DNA from: Candidatus Bathyarchaeota archaeon
GTDB lineage: Archaea; Thermoproteota; Bathyarchaeia; Bathyarchaeales; Bathycorpusculaceae
DNA length: 64,000 bases
Assembly: GCA_963707955.1 (NCBI GenBank)
Contig: OY970176.1
Span: 1,632,001 to 1,696,000 of the forward strand
Reading direction: 5' to 3'
The number at the start of each line of letters is the position of its first letter. Positions within the stretch are counted from its first letter, which is position 1. Made by a program: the position numbers and the translations under genes. Below the pieces are notes generated by a model, which did no database searches, was not told where the DNA came from, and worked only from the letters and a program-made list of their open reading frames with translations. Shown one piece after another: positions 30,031 to 40,551 of the stretch.

Positions 30031-30089
30031 GGTTTAGAAGGTTCGCTGAAGAAGGAAAGAGGGTCTCAAATCCTTCAACAGGGCGCGCG

Positions 30090-30280
30090 CTGAGCAAGAT
30101 TGATGTCGAATACGGTCTTGATGATATGTTGAAGTTCAGAGACAACGTTTTCGTTCTTTTCTATGCTTCATGGTGTCCTTTTTCACAGAGGTTCTTGCCA
30201 AATTTCGAAAAGTTCGCTCAAGGCAAATCGCAGAGTTGTCTACGCGTTAAGACTGGCGATAAGGCAAGTCTGCGAGAAAG
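30090..30280 (+). pseudogene. Thioredoxin-like fragment
   Basis: FVLFYASWCPFS; cut at both ends by GCGCGCGC. Confidence 0.7.
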
Positions 30281-30389
30281 CGCGCGCGTTAAGGCTGACG
30301 TTGTCGATCGCTGCGCTGACTGCCAAGAATCCTGGTGCAATCACAGCTAGAATAACCGTGATCGTTGACAGTGCTTTCTTTAGGTTCAT
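30281..30389 (-). pseudogene. N-terminal signal-peptide fragment of a secreted protein
   Basis: AGGAGGTGA SD + MNLKKALSTITVILAVIAPGFLAVSAAIDNVSLN ending in the (GC)n motif. Confidence 0.6.
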
Positions 30390-30786
30390 TCAGTCACCTC
30401 CTATGTTGTTTTGAAAAGAAAGAAGACCTAGCTCTGTTTCGAGGGAATTAGCGCGCCCTTGGGAACACTTTTATTTAGGCACCCTTCAGCCTTGGATGGG
30501 TTTCCCGGTTCAATCCAACAAATGCAACTGTTGCCTGTCAGTTTGCTACAGGGTTGAATCGCTGGAAACCCCCCTTTCCTTCCTTTTGAGGAAACGTGCA
30601 GGAGTAAAGTTTGCCTAGCTTGGGAACATTTAAGAAAGTTGCCACCTAGAAAGAGTCCTTGGTAACAGGATATGTTCTCCAAGTTGCCTGTACCTAAGTC
30701 ACTTCTCTGAGCGGGCGCTAAATTGAAAAGGTGACAAAACTTCTATATATGTTAGGTGTCTAAGCTTGAACTAGCAGAGATCGAAT

Positions 30787-31011
30787 ATGAAACCTGAGCA
30801 TTATAAACCGATAAGGAAAGAAAAGCCCAAACGAAAGGGCAAGATTAGTGCGCGCAAGAGTCGAATGCTTGCAGTGGCTCAAGAATGGAAACCCATTACT
30901 TCTCTACAATTGCGTGAGGCTTACTCTGCTAAAATAGAATGGGTAAGGAAGCTAATTCCCAAATTGAAAAGAGAAGCAGAAGCGCCGGAAGAAAAAAAAG
31001 AGCTTAGATAA
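30787..31011 (+). CDS. Small basic hypothetical protein
   Basis: 74-aa K/R-rich ORF downstream of a TATA-like TATATAT. Confidence 0.5.
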   Translation: MKPEHYKPIRKEKPKRKGKISARKSRMLAVAQEWKPITSLQLREAYSAKIEWVRKLIPKLKREAEAPEEKKELR

Positions 31012-31270
31012 GCGTGTGTGCAAATTCTGATGGGCTTGTTTTGGCTGTTTCCTGATAAAAGAAGCATTTTCAAACATAAAACCATACAAAAGAACCAAAA
31101 AAGCGAATATCAAAAAAGGCAAATGTAGTAAATGATAAAAAAGATGGAATATCGATCGATAGAAATCCTCAACAGTCGTTCAGCGCCCGCATGATTGTTC
31201 GGTTTTTCATTGATTTTTCTGGGAATGATGACATCAAGAAGAGTCCTGCGTCCACGAGCTATATCATAAC

Positions 31271-31408
31271 CTACAACGACTTCGCGCGCGCTTCTTCTTT
31301 TCTCCTTACTTTTTCAACGTTACTCTTTCCATGTTTCCATTTTCCTCGGCTTTTCATTCTTTTCAAAAATCGTTCTCTTTTCGCCTGCTTCTTCTCAGAT
31401 CGTTTCAA
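31271..31408 (-). CDS. Small highly basic protein, copy 1 (45 aa)
   Basis: MKRSEKKQAKRERFLKRMKSRGKWKHGKSNVEKVRRKEEARAKSL; GGGAGG SD; conserved in copy 2. Confidence 0.65.
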   Translation of the reverse strand: MKRSEKKQAKRERFLKRMKSRGKWKHGKSNVEKVRRKEEARAKSL

Positions 31409-31489
31409 ACAAATCTTCCCTCCCAGAATCAAATAGTAACAACAAACAAGAACTATAACCTATCACCTAAATGCGAAGTGAATGCTGTG
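31287..31489. repeat. About 200-bp dispersed direct repeat, copy 1
   Basis: Near-identical by eye to 46641-46842. Confidence 0.9.
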
Positions 31490-31667
31490 TCTGAAACCGG
31501 AATCTAGGATAAGGGAGCCGCGTGAAAACATCCTCAGGATGGCTCTGTTGTTTAATCGCTTATTAGGGAGTATACGTAGTATAGGACTGCGGCGTTCTGT
31601 TGTTGAAGGACGAGAAGAACACAGCAACGTTACAAGTTAAAATCAATGATGAAAGATGTGATGGAAA

Positions 31668-31955
31668 ATGGCGGAAAAATCGGCAATTGTTTTCATTGGA
31701 AGTAAAACACCAATGGACTATGTTCTAGCAGTTATCACCAGACTATCCGCGGGCGATGCTAAGGAAGTGATCTTGAAAGCACGAGGACGAGCAATCACAA
31801 CAGCTGTTGACGTAGCTGAAATAACCAGAAATCGCTTCCTAAAAGACCTAAAAGTGAGCAAAATAGCTATCGGAACAGAGGAGATGCCGGCAAGAGAAGG
31901 CGAAAACAGAGCAAGGATGGTTTCAACAATAGAAGTAACGCTTACAAAAGAGTAG
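31668..31955 (+). CDS. albA: DNA/RNA-binding protein Alba
   Basis: [37 protein letters not shown]. Confidence 0.95.
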   Translation: MAEKSAIVFIGSKTPMDYVLAVITRLSAGDAKEVILKARGRAITTAVDVAEITRNRFLKDLKVSKIAIGTEEMPAREGENRARMVSTIEVTLTKE

Positions 31956-32085
31956 GAAAAGCCCTGCTGAACAAAGCGTCAACCGGTAATATCCTTCTTT
32001 CTAGCGCGCACTGCGGACTAACAATCAAATCGCTCAAATTCTGACGCGTAATATGAAGAATTGCGTTTTGTGAAGGTTATCTGTT

Positions 32086-33087
32086 ATGACCCTACTCCAG
32101 ATGATAGAGACAGAAAAGATGGAAGAAAGAAAGAAAGTGGCACGGTCTCAGCAAACGTTGCCAGATAAGTGTCCGGAATGTGCTAGTGTAAACCTTATCC
32201 ATGATTATGATACGGGTGAGACTGTTTGCGGCGACTGCGGACTCGTCTTATACGGGCAAATGATGGATAAAGGACCAGAATGGCGCGCTTTCACTCAGGA
32301 AGAGAAAGCCTCAAGAAGCCGCGTTGGGATGCCAACGTCTTATTCTGTCCATGATAAAGGCTTGTCAACGGCCATTAGCCAGATTGACCGTGACGCCTTT
32401 GGAAGAAAACTTCCATTATCAACGCGCCTGCTGATGTGGCGCCTGAGGAAATGGCAGATCCGTTCTAGGGCGCATTCTTCAGTTGACAGAAACCTTGCCC
32501 AGGCAATGGCTGAGCTTGACCGCCTATCGGACAAGGTCTACATTCCACGGCCAATCAAAGAGAAGGTTGCGGTCATTTACCGTAAAGCCTTAGATAAGAG
32601 CTTAGTCCGCGGAAGGTCTATCGCAGCCATAACGGCTGCTGCGGCTTATGCGGCTTGCCGTGGAAGTGGAACTCCAAGAGCACTTCATGAAATCGCAGAG
32701 GCAAGCCTAGTCGATAAAAAGGACGTTGCTCGTTGCTACCGGCTTTTGCTACGTGAACTTGACATGCACATGCCCATCCCTGACTCCCTCACGTACGTTT
32801 CAAAAATCGCTGAAAGAACAGGAATTTCGGGCAAGACGCAGGGAATTGCTATGCGGATTCTTCGAGAAGCCAGAAAGAAGCGGGCTGCTGTCGGAAAGGA
32901 TCCTATGGGGTTGGCTGCTGCAGCACTGTATATTGCTTGTTTGCAGAACAGCGAGAAGAAGACACAGAAGGACATCGCTGAAGCAGCAGGCGTCACTGAG
33001 GTCACGGTGAGAAACCGCTACAAGACCCTGAAAAGGCAGTTGAAGCTAGAAGTACCAGAACAGTCATCTTTGCTTTCTTCCTCGTAG
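32086..33087 (+). CDS. tfb: Transcription initiation factor IIB paralog
   Basis: CPEC...CGDCG ribbon, GPEWRAF, two cyclin folds, GVTEVTVRNRYK. Confidence 0.96.
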   Translation: MTLLQMIETEKMEERKKVARSQQTLPDKCPECASVNLIHDYDTGETVCGDCGLVLYGQMMDKGPEWRAFTQEEKASRSRVGMPTSYSVHDKGLSTAISQIDRDAFGRKLPLSTRLLMWRLRKWQIRSRAHSSVDRNLAQAMAELDRLSDKVYIPRPIKEKVAVIYRKALDKSLVRGRSIAAITAAAAYAACRGSGTPRALHEIAEASLVDKKDVARCYRLLLRELDMHMPIPDSLTYVSKIAERTGISGKTQGIAMRILREARKKRAAVGKDPMGLAAAALYIACLQNSEKKTQKDIAEAAGVTEVTVRNRYKTLKRQLKLEVPEQSSLLSSS

Positions 33088-33161
33088 ATTCAAACGATAG
33101 GGCGCGCGCTAAAATCGTCTAGAGGAGCTGCCTCTAAATGTGCGTGAAAGGCTAGATTATG

Positions 33162-33290
33162 CTAAGCACTTGGTTTTATTTCTCCTCTGAAAACGTGGTA
33201 ACACCTGTCTGAGCAGAAGCCTTGAAAATCATTGTCTGGCATGAACAGGTTTCCACAAGCTTTACACTTCCGCTTAGCCTCTTCGTGCAT
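33162..33290 (-). CDS. Small Cys4 zinc-finger protein (42 aa)
   Basis: MHEEAKRKCKACGNLFMPDNDFQGFCSDRCYHVFRGEIKPSA: CxxC...FCSxxC. Confidence 0.6.
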   Translation of the reverse strand: MHEEAKRKCKACGNLFMPDNDFQGFCSDRCYHVFRGEIKPSA

Positions 33291-33909
33291 TCACTTCTTC
33301 CCCAAATCAGGATATCCTCTTGATTGGTTATATGTTTAACCGAAGGTGAAGGCTACCTCTTCGTGCACAAAGCGGGCGCTTTGCTCAATTAACTTTGATT
33401 GATCGACCAATGTCTGGTGAAATGGAAAAGATACGGAAGAAGCTTGATGGATTTGAAGAGGAAATGACACGCGCGCGTCACTTCTGGTGGACTGAGATCT
33501 TCCGCATCAGCTTCCTGAACAGGGAATACTACTACAAAGGGAGATTGAATCTTGTACCTTGTGTCACTAATGTGCGCTTAAATCTTAGCGCTGACAATTT
33601 CAACTCAATGAAGCAAACAAGAAAACCTGGGCGACCACGGGAATGGGTCTTGAACGAAGAAACCATTGAAATTAAAGGAAATAGAGTATCTAGTTTGGAG
33701 AAGGTTGAAGAGAACTCGGCAATCCAATTTCGTTGTTCGGGAGATATCTCCACTTGCCTGTTTTCTGGGCAACTTGCAAAGTCAATGAAGAAGATGCTAT
33801 TGGTGAGAGGACGCCAGTCCCAAGAGAAAGTCCTAAAATAGCAAGATAACATTAGAAATGAGACTTAGATTGGCCGTCTGCCTAGTTGGATAAATGCGGC
33901 GTTGTCAAT

Positions 33910-35019
33910 ATGAAATATGAGGTTAAATGCTCAGCGTGCGGCTATCATTCGAGCAATCTGCTTGATTTCAGGTGCTCTTCGTGTGGCATGCCATTGGACA
34001 TACAACTTCACCTCGATTTTGAAACTAAGATAATTTCTAGGAAAGATTTCTCAGTTTGGCGATACAGAAGATTCTTTCCCTACGTAAAAGAGAGTGAGAT
34101 CGTGAGGCTCGGAGAAGGATGGACACCTCTGGTCAGATTCTCTGAGCATGTCCACTTCAAACTTGAAAGCCTGAACCCAACGGGTTCCTTCAAAGACAGA
34201 GGATCCGCATTGCTTGTCTCTGCTCTTCACAAGCTGATAAAGAAGAGAAGAGGCTACATTTCCGAAGACTCTTCGGGTAACGCGGGCGCATCGATCGCCG
34301 CATACGCAGCCCGCGCTGGGTTGAGGGCGAAGGTATATGTTCCAGAAACCGTCTCGGGTCCAAAATTCAACCAGATCCAATTTTACGGAGCTGACGTTGT
34401 TAGGGTCTCTGGAAGCCGGAGCAAGGTTGCGGAGGAAGCGCAGAAACGTGAAACTGGAAAATTCTACATCGGTCACATACTCCATCCGTTGTTCCGTGAC
34501 GGAATAAGAAGCCTAGCTTATGAGATGGCTGAACAGCTCGGCTGGGAGGCCCCGGACCGTGTCTATTTGCCCGTCTCCGCTGGAACTTTGCTGCTGGGCG
34601 TTGTAAGCGGATTTCAACATTTGGTCGGCTCAAACGTGATAGAATCAATGCCGAAAATAGTGGCTTGCCAAACGAGGCAGGTCTCGCCGCTTTATCATCG
34701 CTTTAAGAACTTGAGCTACAAGCCACCTGAGACTGTAACGTCGGTTGCTGACGCCTTGGTGAGTGTCGATCCGCCGCTGTTGGAGCTTATGGTTAAGAAC
34801 TTGAAGGAAGTAAACGGCGACGCGGTCATTGTTGAAGAAGAAGAGATAGTTGAAGCCTTCAAAGAGCTTGCGGGAAGAGGCTTCTACGTGGAGCCGAGCT
34901 CTGCCGTTGCTTACGCTGGCTACAAGAAACAAGCCGAGAACAAAGAGATACCGATTGGCAGTAGCGCTGCAATAGTTTTGACCGGAGCTGGTTTGAAAAC
35001 AGCAACGATCCGACCCTAA
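33910..35019 (+). CDS. thrC: Threonine synthase-like PLP enzyme
   Basis: LGEGWTPL, NPTGSFKDRG, DSSGNAGAS, VEPSSA, LTGAGLK. Confidence 0.88.
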   Translation: MKYEVKCSACGYHSSNLLDFRCSSCGMPLDIQLHLDFETKIISRKDFSVWRYRRFFPYVKESEIVRLGEGWTPLVRFSEHVHFKLESLNPTGSFKDRGSALLVSALHKLIKKRRGYISEDSSGNAGASIAAYAARAGLRAKVYVPETVSGPKFNQIQFYGADVVRVSGSRSKVAEEAQKRETGKFYIGHILHPLFRDGIRSLAYEMAEQLGWEAPDRVYLPVSAGTLLLGVVSGFQHLVGSNVIESMPKIVACQTRQVSPLYHRFKNLSYKPPETVTSVADALVSVDPPLLELMVKNLKEVNGDAVIVEEEEIVEAFKELAGRGFYVEPSSAVAYAGYKKQAENKEIPIGSSAAIVLTGAGLKTATIRP

Positions 35020-35135
35020 CCGCGGTAGTCTGCCAAAGTTTATGTTCAAAATCTAACTTCTACCCGTTCCTTTTAGAAAAACTTATATTGTGAGGCTGTT
35101 TTTCATTGTGACGCAAAAGGAGGTTTGTTTAAGGT

Positions 35136-36795
35136 TTGTCATCACAATCAGCTGGCGGTGTTCCAGTTCTAGTGTTGAAAGAAGGCTCTAGTCGCTCTAA
35201 AGGGCGAGAAGCTCTGCACACAAACATTGAAGCTGCTAGAATAGTGGCTGAGACTGTGAAGAGTTCCCTCGGACCAAAGGGCATGGACAAGATGCTCGTG
35301 GACAGTTTTGGCGACGTTACCATAACAAGCGACGGACGGACAATTTTGGACGAGATGGACATTCAGCATCCAGCTGCAAAAATGATGCTGGAGGTCGCGA
35401 AGACCCAGGACAACGAAGCAGGCGATGGAACAACAACCGCGGTCATAATATCCGGCGAATTGCTCAACAAGGCTCAAGAGCTTGTTGAAAGAAGTGTTCA
35501 CCCAACGATAATAATCGACGGATACAAGAAAGCTTCGGATAAAGCACTGGAAGTTCTGGAAAAAATCGCTATTTCGATAGACCCGACTTCCACAGATTAC
35601 CCGAAGAAGGTCGCAATGACCTCGATGGCAAGCAAGCTCGTGGCTGAGCACAGAGAGTATCTGGCTGACCTAGTGGTTAAGGCGATTTTGGCTGTCGCAG
35701 AGAAGGACGGTGACAAGTATAAGGCGGATGTGGACGACGTGAAAGTCGAGAAGAAACCAGGCGAGTCAACGGCGGAAACGAAGCTTATTCAAGGAGTAGT
35801 CCTTGACAAGGAAATCGCTCATTCAGGTATGCCTAAGCGCGTCGAAAAGGCCAAGATAGCTCTGCTTGACTGCCCCCTTGAGATCGAGAAGACCGAGTTT
35901 GACGCAAAGATCAACATTGAAAGCCCGGAGCAGATGGATGCCTTCCTCAAGCAGGAGGAGGACATGCTGCGCGACATGGCTGAAAAGATTGCGAAGACTG
36001 GTGCCAACGTTGTTCTGTGCGAGAAAGGTATCGACGACATGGTCCAGCACTTCCTTGCCAGAAAAGGGATACTTGCGGTTCGAAGGAACAAAAAGTCAGA
36101 CATGGAGAAACTGGCCAAGGCTACTGGAGGAAAAATAGTGACCAACCTTGACGGCATGACTTCGGCAGACCTGGGCTATGCTGCTCTCGTTGAAGAACGC
36201 AAGATAGGCGACGACAAGATGACCTTCATAGAAGGATGCAAGCATCCCAAGGCCGTTACCATACTGATAAGAGGTGGAACCCAACGCATCGTTGACGAAG
36301 CAGAACGGTCAGTGCACGACGCCTTGTGCGTGGTCAGAGACGTGGTTGAAGAACCAAAAATCGTCGCGGGAGGAGGAGCCCCAGAACTAGAAGTTTCACG
36401 TATGCTCAAGAAATACGCCGAAACTCTGCCAGGAAGAGAACAGTCTTGCAGTCAAAGCCTTCGCAGAGGCTCTTGAAGCCGTGCCGATCACGCTGACAGA
36501 AAACGCGGGACTAGACCCGATTGACATAATATCTGACCTCAGAGCACGACATGAAAAAGGCGAAACGTGGGCAGGCATAGAAGTTAACAACGGAAAAGTA
36601 CAGGACATGGCCAAAGCAGGAGTCTATGAACCCTTGGCAGTCAAGAAACAAATAGTGAAGTCAGCAACGGAAGCTTCTACGATGATACTGAAGATTGACG
36701 ACGTAATCGCTTCTGGAAAAATGAAAGCTCCCCCGGGACCTCCAGGAGGCCCAGGCGGCCCAGGAGGCGGGTACCCAGGAATGGGGGAGTACTAG
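35136..36795 (+). CDS. ths: Thermosome (group II chaperonin) subunit; +1 insertion at 36444 (probable error)
   Basis: [31 protein letters not shown]-rich tail; removing T36444 gives [14 protein letters not shown]. Confidence 0.95.
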
Positions 36796-36798
36796 AAA

Positions 36799-37056
36799 AC
36801 GTCTGAGACAAAACGGATCACGATCGGACCGCCAAAGCTCACCCGTTTTGAGAAGGCAAGAATAGCGGGGGCTAGGGCCCTGCAAATATCTATGGGTGCA
36901 CCCATTCTTGTCGAGGTCTCAGAAGGCTTTTCAGGTCCGATAGACATAGCGCTGAAGGAACTCAACGCTGGCATCCTGCCGATGACTATAAGACGAACAT
37001 TGCCCGACAAAACTTTCCAGGACATTCCGCTAAAGTGGCTCTTGGAAGAGCGTTAG
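36799..37056 (+). CDS. rpoK: DNA-directed RNA polymerase subunit K (Rpo6), apparent ACG start
   Basis: [27 protein letters not shown]...[13 protein letters not shown]; missing from the ORF track. Confidence 0.92.
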   Translation, partial: TSETKRITIGPPKLTRFEKARIAGARALQISMGAPILVEVSEGFSGPIDIALKELNAGILPMTIRRTLPDKTFQDIPLKWLLEER

Positions 37057-37060
37057 AAAC

Positions 37061-37549
37061 TCATTTTTCTTTTTCTGATTTTTCTAGAATCTCTTTTGCG
37101 GCCACTAGCGTTTTTCTGATTCTCGTCCAGTGTGCGCCTTGCCAGTATATCTGGCCGCAGTTCGGGCATTTCCAAAACTCTTTGTAATGGTCAAACGTGC
37201 TTCTTTCAACCTTGCCCTCAGCCTGCTTTCTGGACACAGGCTTCACTGTTGAGTTGCACTTTGGACATCTGGATGACGCCATGTCTATTTCCAGTCTGAC
37301 ATCGTACCTCTTGGCAATCTCCGCCAGTTTTTCTTCTCCAGTCAATCCTTCCAGGTAGAAAGCGTCGATTCCTCTGGCATTGGCGCGTTGATAAAGTTCG
37401 AAGTCCCTCGTCAGCAAGATTCTTTTCTCCTTTTTCGCTATCATCAGAAGTTGCAGGTCGTCCAAACTGTTCGAGTACTTCACGTCCTGTCCCAGCATGC
37501 GAAGCCAACGTGTCAGTTTTCCAAGCATGCCGTCGGCGACGAACCTCAA
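37061..37549 (-). CDS. Mut7-C RNase domain protein (DUF82)
   Basis: RFVADGMLGKLTRWLR, LLTRD, RCPKCN, CPNCGQIYWQGAHW. Confidence 0.92.
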   Translation of the reverse strand: MRFVADGMLGKLTRWLRMLGQDVKYSNSLDDLQLLMIAKKEKRILLTRDFELYQRANARGIDAFYLEGLTGEEKLAEIAKRYDVRLEIDMASSRCPKCNSTVKPVSRKQAEGKVERSTFDHYKEFWKCPNCGQIYWQGAHWTRIRKTLVAAKEILEKSEKEK

Positions 37550-37553
37550 ATGG

Positions 37554-38894
37554 TCACTGTCTCCGAACGACTCTGCCGCTTCCCGGTTTACCAATGATTT
37601 CACCTTCATCCATGATCAGCTGTCCGCCAACGAACGTTTTTGCAGGTTTTCCCTCGACCTCCCATCCATCAAAAGGAGAAAACTTGGCCTTAGAATGAAA
37701 GCCGGACGCGTCAATCCTGAACTTTTTGCGTAGGTCCACAACGGTCAAGTCGGCGTTGTTTCCTTCTCTCAAATATCCTTTGCCCTTCAGGTTGAAGATC
37801 TCAGCGGGCTTCTCCGACATGAGTCTCGCCACATCACCAATCGACATTCGCCTTCGTTTGACTTGGGTCAGCAGGAGCGGAAGAGTTGTCTCTAGCCCAG
37901 GTATGCCGACTTTGACGTCCCAAACGGTCTCAGCCTCCTTTTCTCCGATGGTATGAGGAGCGTGGTCCGAGGCTACGATGTCGACCCAACCGTTTCTAAT
38001 CCCCTCCCATAACGCTTCAGCGTGCTGTTTTTCTCGAACGGGCGGCACAGTCACACCCAACGTCCCCGCCCTCTTCAAGTCATCAGCAGTCAGAAGCAGG
38101 TGGTGCGGTGTTGCTTCGCAAGATATCAGCATTCCAGACTTCTTTCCAGCGGCAATGGCTCTCAAACCATTCTGTGTGCTGATGTGGCAGAAATGCGCGT
38201 GGACGTTACCCTGCTTGACCATGTCCAGAACACGTGTTACAGCTCTCAACTCCACGTTTTCCGAGTGAGCCTTGAGGAAAGCAGCAACATCATTCTGCCT
38301 ACGGCGTCGTAGCTCACCCTCAGCTCTCTTCAACATCTGCTCGTCTTCTGCGTGAACACAGGTCGAAACTTGAAGCTTGCCGACAGCCTTGAACGCTTCC
38401 AGCATAGCTTCATCATCGTTTACCTCCAACCCGCCGACCTGATTGGCCATGAAAAGCTTGAAACCCACAGCACCTTCTCGCACAATTCCCTCTATCTCCC
38501 CAACATCTCCTGGGAATTCAGAGCGGAAGCCAACGTCGACCAGAATCCTTGCTTCCGCAATCTTCATTCGATTCCTCAAAGCCTCAGCACTCATCGTTAC
38601 TGGTTCGTTGTTAGGCATGTCAAGAACAGTCGTCATCCCACCCGCAGCAGCAGCGGCTGTGCCTGAGAGAAAGTCTTCTTTGTACGATTTGCCCTCATCT
38701 CGAAGATGCACATGAGCGTCGATCAGCCCAGGGAAAACTAGACGATTCTTTAGGTCGAATTTTGCGTCGGCGGTTGGCATGCTCGATTCTCTGCCTATCT
38801 TGAAAATCCTCCCTTCGTTGAAGGCGATGCTGCAGTCTACTATTGCCTGTTTAAAGTAAGCTTTGGCATTTGCCAAGACGGAATCAACTATCAA
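37554..38894 (-). CDS. pyrC: Dihydroorotase
   Basis: PGLIDAHVHLR, DMPN, HAED, SDHAPH, GIPGLET. Confidence 0.92.
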   Translation of the reverse strand: MIVDSVLANAKAYFKQAIVDCSIAFNEGRIFKIGRESSMPTADAKFDLKNRLVFPGLIDAHVHLRDEGKSYKEDFLSGTAAAAAGGMTTVLDMPNNEPVTMSAEALRNRMKIAEARILVDVGFRSEFPGDVGEIEGIVREGAVGFKLFMANQVGGLEVNDDEAMLEAFKAVGKLQVSTCVHAEDEQMLKRAEGELRRRRQNDVAAFLKAHSENVELRAVTRVLDMVKQGNVHAHFCHISTQNGLRAIAAGKKSGMLISCEATPHHLLLTADDLKRAGTLGVTVPPVREKQHAEALWEGIRNGWVDIVASDHAPHTIGEKEAETVWDVKVGIPGLETTLPLLLTQVKRRRMSIGDVARLMSEKPAEIFNLKGKGYLREGNNADLTVVDLRKKFRIDASGFHSKAKFSPFDGWEVEGKPAKTFVGGQLIMDEGEIIGKPGSGRVVRRQ

Positions 38895-39182
38895 GTCTCG
38901 TAGTGCTCCTCATCACTGAAATAACGTGGAATGGACATGTTAAAAGTTTATTCACTCTGCGAGTGAGATATCCCCGCAAAACCCCTTTTTTTCTCTTATT
39001 CATGCATCCAGCGCACGCTTTTTGGCTTTGAGATAAAACTTTACCCCCAAACCCAAACACTAATTAGCCTTTCAAGAAGCACAGGCACTGACAGATATTT
39101 GCCAATGTAACTGATCCCCCTTAGTGCATGAAGTAACAGTAGTGGTAATGTTGCGGGGTAACACACACACACATGACGGCAG

Positions 39183-39429
39183 ATCAGGAAAATTCTACCG
39201 CCATTCCGTCAACCCCAAAAGCTTCTTTGAACCCCAACGCCTTCACCGTTTCAACCAACTCCCTCTGCGTCGAAGGAACAATTATGCGAAACCTATTCAC
39301 ACCACCTTTTTCAACCACGCGTCAAGCCGCATCCAAAAGCGGTTTCTCAACGCCCAGCTTCCTACCCTCTACGTTAGCGTGTACGAAACCGATCCTGCCC
39401 ACTTCGCTAGGAGTCGTGTACGAAACTTA
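39183..39429 (-). pseudogene. Degraded 3' fragment of a GNAT-like gene truncated at the IS / (GC)n site
   Basis: GRIGFVHANVEGRKLGVEKPLLDAA*...LGFKE with an internal stop. Confidence 0.4.
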
Positions 39430-39437
39430 GCGCGCGC

Positions 39438-40544
39438 CAGCTTGTTGCAAAATTATTGAAGTTGACATGTTGCTGTTTAAGCTTGTTTGAGCTTGAATAG
39501 TTAGGGTGAAGGATGGAGAAACCTGAATTTTCATGTGCCATCCTGTCAAAACTGAACCTTTTCGACATCGAGCAAGTCGTCAACGGAGCCTACCACAGAA
39601 AAGATAGTCCGGGAAGGCCGCCCAGAAAGCCGATGGGCATCTTCAAAGCGTTAATCGTTAAACGGCTTCAGCAGATTCCCAGCGAGAGGGAACTCTGCAA
39701 ACGGTTGTGGCAGGACGATAACTTGAGGGAACTCTGTGACTTAGAGGCTGAGCAGAGGCCGTATCATCCTTCGCAGCTGTCGCGATTCAAGAAGCGCATA
39801 GGAACCAGAAGACTTCAGCGCATCATGAACAAACTGCTCAAGGAATGTCTAGAGGCGGATTGATTAGCGGCGAAACCGTGGTTTTGGACGCTACGTTCGT
39901 CAAGGCTTACAGCAGGCGAGACCCGCACGATAACAGTCGTGGAAAGTCGGATCCCGAAGCCAGGGTCGGCAGGAACGGCAAAACCTACGAGCTCGGCTAC
40001 AAACTGCACATTGCGACAGACGTGAAGTCCGAAATGCCGATAGCGGTTATCCCGGCTTCAGCTAACGAGAACGAGAAGGAACATGCTCCAGCGCTCTTTC
40101 GCAAGGCTTGGAAGGCAACTGAGCAGCAGATGAAAACGTTTATCGCGGATTCGCAGTACTCCAGCAGAAAACTCAGAGAACAGCTTTCAGCATACGGCGT
40201 GAAGGCTGTAATTCCATATCCTGCAAACCAGAACAGGAAGGAGGCTGATGTGTTGCGGGTTGACAAGTATTTCAGGACTCATGGTCCAGTTGAGGAAAAG
40301 CAAGTTTACACGTTGAGAGGCGCCGTTGAACGGGTGAATTCACGGCAGAAGGAGCAGTCTCTGCCTCGAAAAGCACAGGGCCAGAGGACTCAAATGCATA
40401 ACTACACACGCATTGCTCTGCGTGATTGCCATGCTGGTAAATGCGGTTGTAGCGTTGAGGCTGAACATGCCGGAAAAAGCCAGAGATCACCATGCTAACA
40501 AGATAAACAGAAATTAACAAAGAAATCGATTTAGCAACAGGCTG
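39438..40544 (+). mobile_element. Insertion sequence, about 1.1 kb, DDE transposase (IS5/IS1182-like)
   Basis: Terminal inverted repeats CAGCTTGTTGCAAAAT and revcomp CAGCCTGTTGCTAAAT; GCGC on both flanks. Confidence 0.88.
39513..40506 (+). pseudogene. DDE transposase with 2-3 frameshifts (decay or sequence error)
   Basis: GRPP, SEREL, VLDAT, GYKLH, ADSQY, RGAVERVNSR. Confidence 0.85.
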
Positions 40545-40551
40545 GCGCTCT

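Noticed and set aside
33395-33841. 148-aa ORF as a real gene
   Set aside because: No recognisable motif, and it crosses a (GC)n site at 33470, so it may be a chimera of fragments. Not called.
36421-36480. Thermosome split as a pseudogene, intron or programmed frameshift
   Set aside because: There is a single extra base within AGCT, with no BHB or slippery site, and the rest of the gene is intact. Most likely a sequencing error.
36793-36801. TAG read-through (pyrrolysine) fusing thermosome to RpoK
   Set aside because: The frames are the same, but the thermosome ends with its normal GGP/GM tail and no pyl genes are in the window. A separate start is simpler.
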